DNA of 64,000 nucleotides from Takakia lepidozioides (taxonomy: Eukaryota > Plantae > Bryophyta), in the NCBI GenBank assembly GCA_030704615.1, contig CM060734.1:4216001-4280000 (forward strand), given 5' to 3'. A program made the translations under genes and the position numbers. This document shows positions 59,301 through 64,000 of the stretch, one piece after another; position 1 is the stretch's first letter; each line of letters begins with the position of its first letter. Under the pieces are notes generated by a model. It made no database searches, was not told the DNA's origin, and was given only the letters and a program-made list of their open reading frames with translations.

Positions 59301-61268
59301 CCACCAGTCCATTTTTGAGGTAGATGTTACAAAAGAATCTATTCACTGAAGGCCCACCGGGCCCAAGGGAGAGAGAGAAGGAGAGTTTGTTTGATTAAAG
59401 ATATGTTTAATGAATCCAAGAGATATGCCTTCTAACAACGAGCTGTAAAACCCTTCGTTTGCACAGGTGCCCTGCTTGCATCGGGGGGGATGGATCAGAG
59501 AGCGTACATTTGGAATGTGTGGAATGCACCAGGCCACCAGATTGCACAGATGCTCTCTTGCCACACGGCAGCTCTTAAAGATATCCAGTGGTCGATAGAT
59601 GGGAGCTCTTTGCTCAGCTGTGGATTTGACAAGACAGCCAGACTAAGTGACATCGAATCAGGTTCCCAGATACAAGTTAGTGATTTTGTTCTCCATGATA
59701 GTATTTGCAGTTTTGATGCCGCAACTGGAACTTGAACCATATTGTATCAGAGACACCGAAAAGAATCTGAGGATCACTCGCGTAAGTATTCTTGTTTGAG
59801 ATGGATAAACGTAGCAGTTCACAGGCCATTGAGCCACTGTCCCCTCAGCATGCAATACAGATGCCTCCCTCACAATCCTTGTACGGAATTGACATGGTTC
59901 TTGTACAGGAATTTGGAGAATGAGCTTTACTTAGTGATCCCAAACACACATGATACTGGTTGGTGAGTGGAGTTGCACACCGCTCCCTCAGGACATTGGC
60001 TAAGGCATGATCTTGAGAATATAGTTTCTGCTTGATACTAATCCCCATGCAGGCGCTCGTGACCTTTAACCCAAAAGGGTGTGCAGGATTCATGGACCAC
60101 TATTTGGCTATGTAGTGTAGATTAAGTGGCTAGAAACCATAGTGGAAAGCATAATGTGTATAGCAGTGCTGCTACTGTAGCCATGCACATGAAGACATGT
60201 TACTTGTAGTTGTTGTTTTGCCAGTCTAACTGTCGAGATCAAGGGGGGAGGGTAAATATGAGACACATGTTTCATACTCTCCCTTTGTATAGTAGCGAAG
60301 TTTTGAGTCACAAGAGGAAATGAGGAAGTCTAGTCATTATTGATGCTTTTATTCATTCACTGTGGGACTGGGGTTGTGGAATAGATGTTTACAGAGAACC
60401 AATTTGTCAATGTGGTGAGGTTCCACCCTTCAGAACAGGAGCTCTTTCTATCAGGAGGCTCAAAAGGTGCCATTAGGCTGTGGGACTTGCGCACGGGAAA
60501 ATCAATACGGGAGTATACCAAAGGCCTAGGTCAAGTCATGGACTTGGACTTCAGCCCGGATGGAAAGCGGTTTGTCTCTACATCTGATATTGCAAAACGC
60601 AATGCAAGTGACAAAGCAATTGTTGTCTGGAATTTTGAGACACAAATCCCACTGTCCAATCAAGTAGGTCTCCACTCTTCAAACTATGCTTCATCTTTTG
60701 ATATTATCACATGGAGTAATTCATCATGATGCATCAAGGACAACTGAAGCCGAGATAATCTTGAATGAAAACTAGCTGTCTGAAATCCCATGAGCAGACT
60801 GGTTTGATGAATTCCTTCAACCGATATGCTATATTTGTGTGCCATCAATGTTCTGGAAGTCCAATTGTATCTCATCATTGGTCTGCTGGCCCACAGGTAT
60901 ATCTGGAGGCCTATACATGTCCGAGTGTGCGATTCCACCCGTATGAGGAGACATTTGTAGCCCAATCAAATGCCAACTACATTGCCATTTTCTCGGGGCG
61001 CCCCCCCTTCAAGCTGAACAGATACAAGCGGTTTGAAGGGCATCAGGTTGCTGGCTACCGTATTCAGTGCAATTTCAGCCCCGATGGTGAATGCATTGTT
61101 ACAGGCTCTACTGATGGGTGCATTTATTTTTACAACTACCGGTCATCGAAGCTCTTAACAAAGCTTCAGGCTCACAATGGTGTTTGCAGCGATGTTGTCT
61201 ATCATCCGGTTTTGCCATCTGTGGTCGCATCTTGTGGATGGGATGGTGTTGTAACAGTATATGAATGA
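56386..61268 (+). CDS. WDR25: WD40-repeat protein WDR25-like. Plus-strand exons 56386-56584, 57793-57891, 59467-59675, 60385-60663, 60897-61268; exon 3 is on the minus strand
   Basis: GRYVSKRER, LLASGGMD..IWNVW, IVVWNFETQIPLSNQVYLEAYTCP..FHP..FVAQSNANYIAIFS, FEGHQVAGY, VASCGWDG; canonical splice sites. Confidence 0.9.
58680..58856 (-). other. WDR25: WDR25 exon 3 in inverted orientation (177 bp, phase 1-1, open)
   Basis: GAGCAG|GG..LESLFDVKLPHHIQKRL...QLNGHTKAVTTVRWSPSD G|GTGTGG; supplies the missing GH start of WD repeat 1 and joins exon 2 to GALLASGGMD in frame. Confidence 0.9.
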
Positions 61269-61965
61269 CATGCTACCTCAAAAGCCTCACATCGACAAAT
61301 AAAGTAGCAGATGAACTGCATTATGTTAAGTAAAAAATTGGAAATCAGCTGTCATGATCATACAGCAACAAACATGGAAATTTATCCAGTGTCCCTTATG
61401 CTACACCAAAGAGAATACGTTCTCAATCTTGCCAGTGCGGTTTAGGGAGAGGTCCACCACCTTCCCAACAGGTACTACATCTGCTCTGCAGAGTTCCGAC
61501 ACCATGTAAAGAAAGTCATAAATAATTAATCCTATCCCTTGTACAATTTCAAAGAACAGTTTGTCCTGCAAAATAAAGTGCAATCTAAAAGCCTCTAAAC
61601 TTTGTAATCACCTACTTCTGTGGATCATTCCATAACTACACTCAAGGACCACAGAAGACCACTTCAAGATCAGAAAATGGTCTTATTGGGCAATATTTAT
61701 AGCTTACAAGTGTCAATACCTCCATCCAATCTCCACAACATTCAAAATCTATCTTTGTCGCTGCATTGTTCATGTGCTTGAGTCCACAGTGGAGAAATTG
61801 GTGCCAGTTGCCACATCCGTGCTCATTTCATGCAATCCATGTGTGCGAAGGTTGATATTTGCAGGTAAAAGTAAAAAAGTTTGTTTAACGTCCAGTGAAT
61901 TTACAGAGCCTACTGCTCAACACACAGCCCATGGAGGGGCCAGTGGACGGTTGAAGGCACATGTT

Positions 61966-62030
61966 TGAAGGATTGAACCCAAGATCACCCAGGTTATGGC
62001 ACAAATACCCAACCACTGGGCTACCGACTC
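61966..62030 (-). mobile_element. tRNA-derived SINE-like head
   Basis: A box GGTAGCCCAGTGG and B box GGGTTCAATCC at tRNA-like spacing; no intact cloverleaf. Confidence 0.6.
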
Positions 62031-62891
62031 AAGTGCAGGTAGAAGGTTTGCTATCATCCAAATGCAAGAAAAGAAAATAAGCCAGAAATACAGAAAGCAG
62101 GAGTAAAAAGCCAGTAATATTCACTGATCCTTTCGATTGTCATCTTGCCACCATCGTCACCATCAAGGGCTTCTCTGCCTATTTGCTCTGTTCTTGAAGT
62201 CGTCACCTCAGATTGGAATGCGAGCCCTCCTGACATTGGAGACTTGGCAATCTTAAGGTATCGCTCTCCTGCAGCCCAGCCATTCTTTTATTGGCGATTT
62301 ATCGCCAAATTGCGACTTTGAACGGCCTCTCATTTTACAATAATTGGGACGTTATGGCGCACGCGCGAGCTGACCGGTGGGCCTTGCGCACGGACGCCCG
62401 GCTCCCCCCCACCCGGACCCCCCCCCGCCCGCCGCTGCGCGCAGTCGCCTAGCCGCGCCCGCTGCTGCCGCAGGCGCAGCACCCGCGGCCCACCAGCCGC
62501 GCCCCCGGTCCGCCGCGGCCAGTCAGCTGCCCTCCAGTCCGCTTCCCCTCAGTCCGCCAGACCGCCAGTCTGCCGGCCAGTCCACTGTGCACGCCAGGCC
62601 GCTGTGCCAGTCCCCTCACGTCCACCCTGCCAGTTTGCCCGCCAGTCCGCTGCCCATGAGTCCGCTTTCCTCCAGTCCACTGATGATGCCGCATCTGGAC
62701 CGTCCGTTCGTAAATGCCATCTGAGCCCTCCATTTTTAGGGCATGAATTCAAACCTTATCCCTGCCGCCTGCCACTTGTCAGCAGCCGCGAACGTGCGCA
62801 CTGATGCTCCTTGCACGTTGTCCATCGTGTCCAGTGTACTGCGGCGCGTTTCTTGCAGGTTCTGAAGCGTGTCCTCTGTGCTGTACAGGGC

Positions 62892-64000
62892 ATGGACGTG
62901 GAAGCAGAAGACGACGATGTACTGAAAACGAGAAGTTGGATTATACGGCCTCTTCGACAAAGTTTGCAAACACCCAAACCAGGACCCTTCAACACGAAGG
63001 ACCTCCATTGGAAGAGAGACATGCAATATGGTTATATGGGTGCGCGAGTGAATGTTCAGAAGGCCTGCATACCGTGGGATAGAGTTGATGACTTTCTCCT
63101 TGGAGAGGAGAGTTTGGTGGACTACCCCACTCAGTTTTGGGTGAATGTCCATACTAAAGTGCAACCCGACATGCTAAAAGAGCCGAGAGCCAACAGTTTT
63201 CTGAACAGTATCATATGTGCACCATCCTCATCGTCCTTTTGTAGTCTGATTGCATGTCTATTGCCATTTTTCGTACCCACGTACTGTGATTTCATGCTTC
63301 CAGAAGTCGATGGATATCGATTGTGATTTTTATGTGGACGTATCAATGCTGCTACGGTCCAGATGACAAGCGCACCAACAATGCGATAGTGGAGGATCCC
63401 AAACTAAAACGTGGAGGACCTCTTGTGCTGGAACATCTCACCCTCATAAAGGCCCAAGAAGAAAGAAGTCGAAATATGGAGAGTCTTACAAGCGTGGTTG
63501 CCAATGTTGTTTCAAGGTCCAGCAATGCTATCTCGCCCTCGACATTTGTGTCCTCACGTACTACAACAACATGGAGCATACAGACGCGAAAGGGAACGCC
63601 TGTCATAGGAAGTCCGCTGAGTTCAGGAACACTCGCCACGCCTATGCACCACACATTAGCGAGGAATTGAAAGCATGGGTCATGGAGTGTCTGTGCCGAG
63701 GCCTGTCAGTTGCCCAAATCATGATGGAACATTAAGAGCACGTCATGAACAATACCGGGTTGGGGGATGCATGGACATAGGACGATTTTTTGTTAGAGCA
63801 GGATGTGCGCAACCTGGCCGAGAAATGGGCGTGACAAATATTCAAAAAACATGCCAACGATGTGGAGAGTGTCCGCATGTGGAAAGACCAGAACCCGAAA
63901 TCGGTCTTCTTCTATCAAGAAGAAGAGAAATTGGTACCAACATTCAAGCACTGCGACTTAACATTCACAATCGGCATACAGACTGAGTGGCAGAAGAAGC
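62892..64000 (+). pseudogene. MULE-related / SWIM-finger family transposase-like N-terminus, runs off the window
   Basis: IPWDRVDDFLLGEE, YQCCYGPDD, KRGCQCCF..HTDAKGNACH, YAPHISEELK, DDFL, SVRMW..VFFYQ, FTIGIQTEWQ; several stops; GC-rich CCAGTCC repeats upstream (62377-62720). Confidence 0.8.

Overview
Eukaryotic nuclear DNA, most consistent with a non-seed land plant (spliceosomal introns, plant Ty3/gypsy lineages, plant-type EEF1AKMT2 and WDR25 proteins; lineage assignment is inference). Bases 1-51.7 kb are a nested, largely pseudogenised transposon field. (1) A probable cargo-bearing DNA element has an AlkB-like remnant, a ParB/Srx-like gene, palindromic GGAAAT-ATGGCGCCGA-ATTTCC arrays and a CACTA-type end at 25919; it is split by an 18.5 kb nest of Galadriel-like and Athila-like LTR retrotransposons. 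(2) A large hAT-associated block has a transposase, a RING-H2 gene, a protein kinase, GCGACCGCC/GGCGGTCGC arrays at each promoter and a cluster of four foldback hairpins, one matching the neighbouring gene. (3) Further CACTA and LTR-like remnants follow. Bases 52.3-61.3 kb hold a head-to-head pair of housekeeping genes (EEF1AKMT2/EFM4-like, minus; WDR25-like, plus), followed by a tRNA-derived SINE-like head and a MULE/SWIM-type transposase remnant. The most striking observations are an intact, frame-compatible WDR25 exon lying on the opposite strand from the rest of its gene, the hairpin cluster, and the DNA-modification and signalling cargo of the two DNA elements. All alignments were done by eye; coordinates of degenerate features are approximate.
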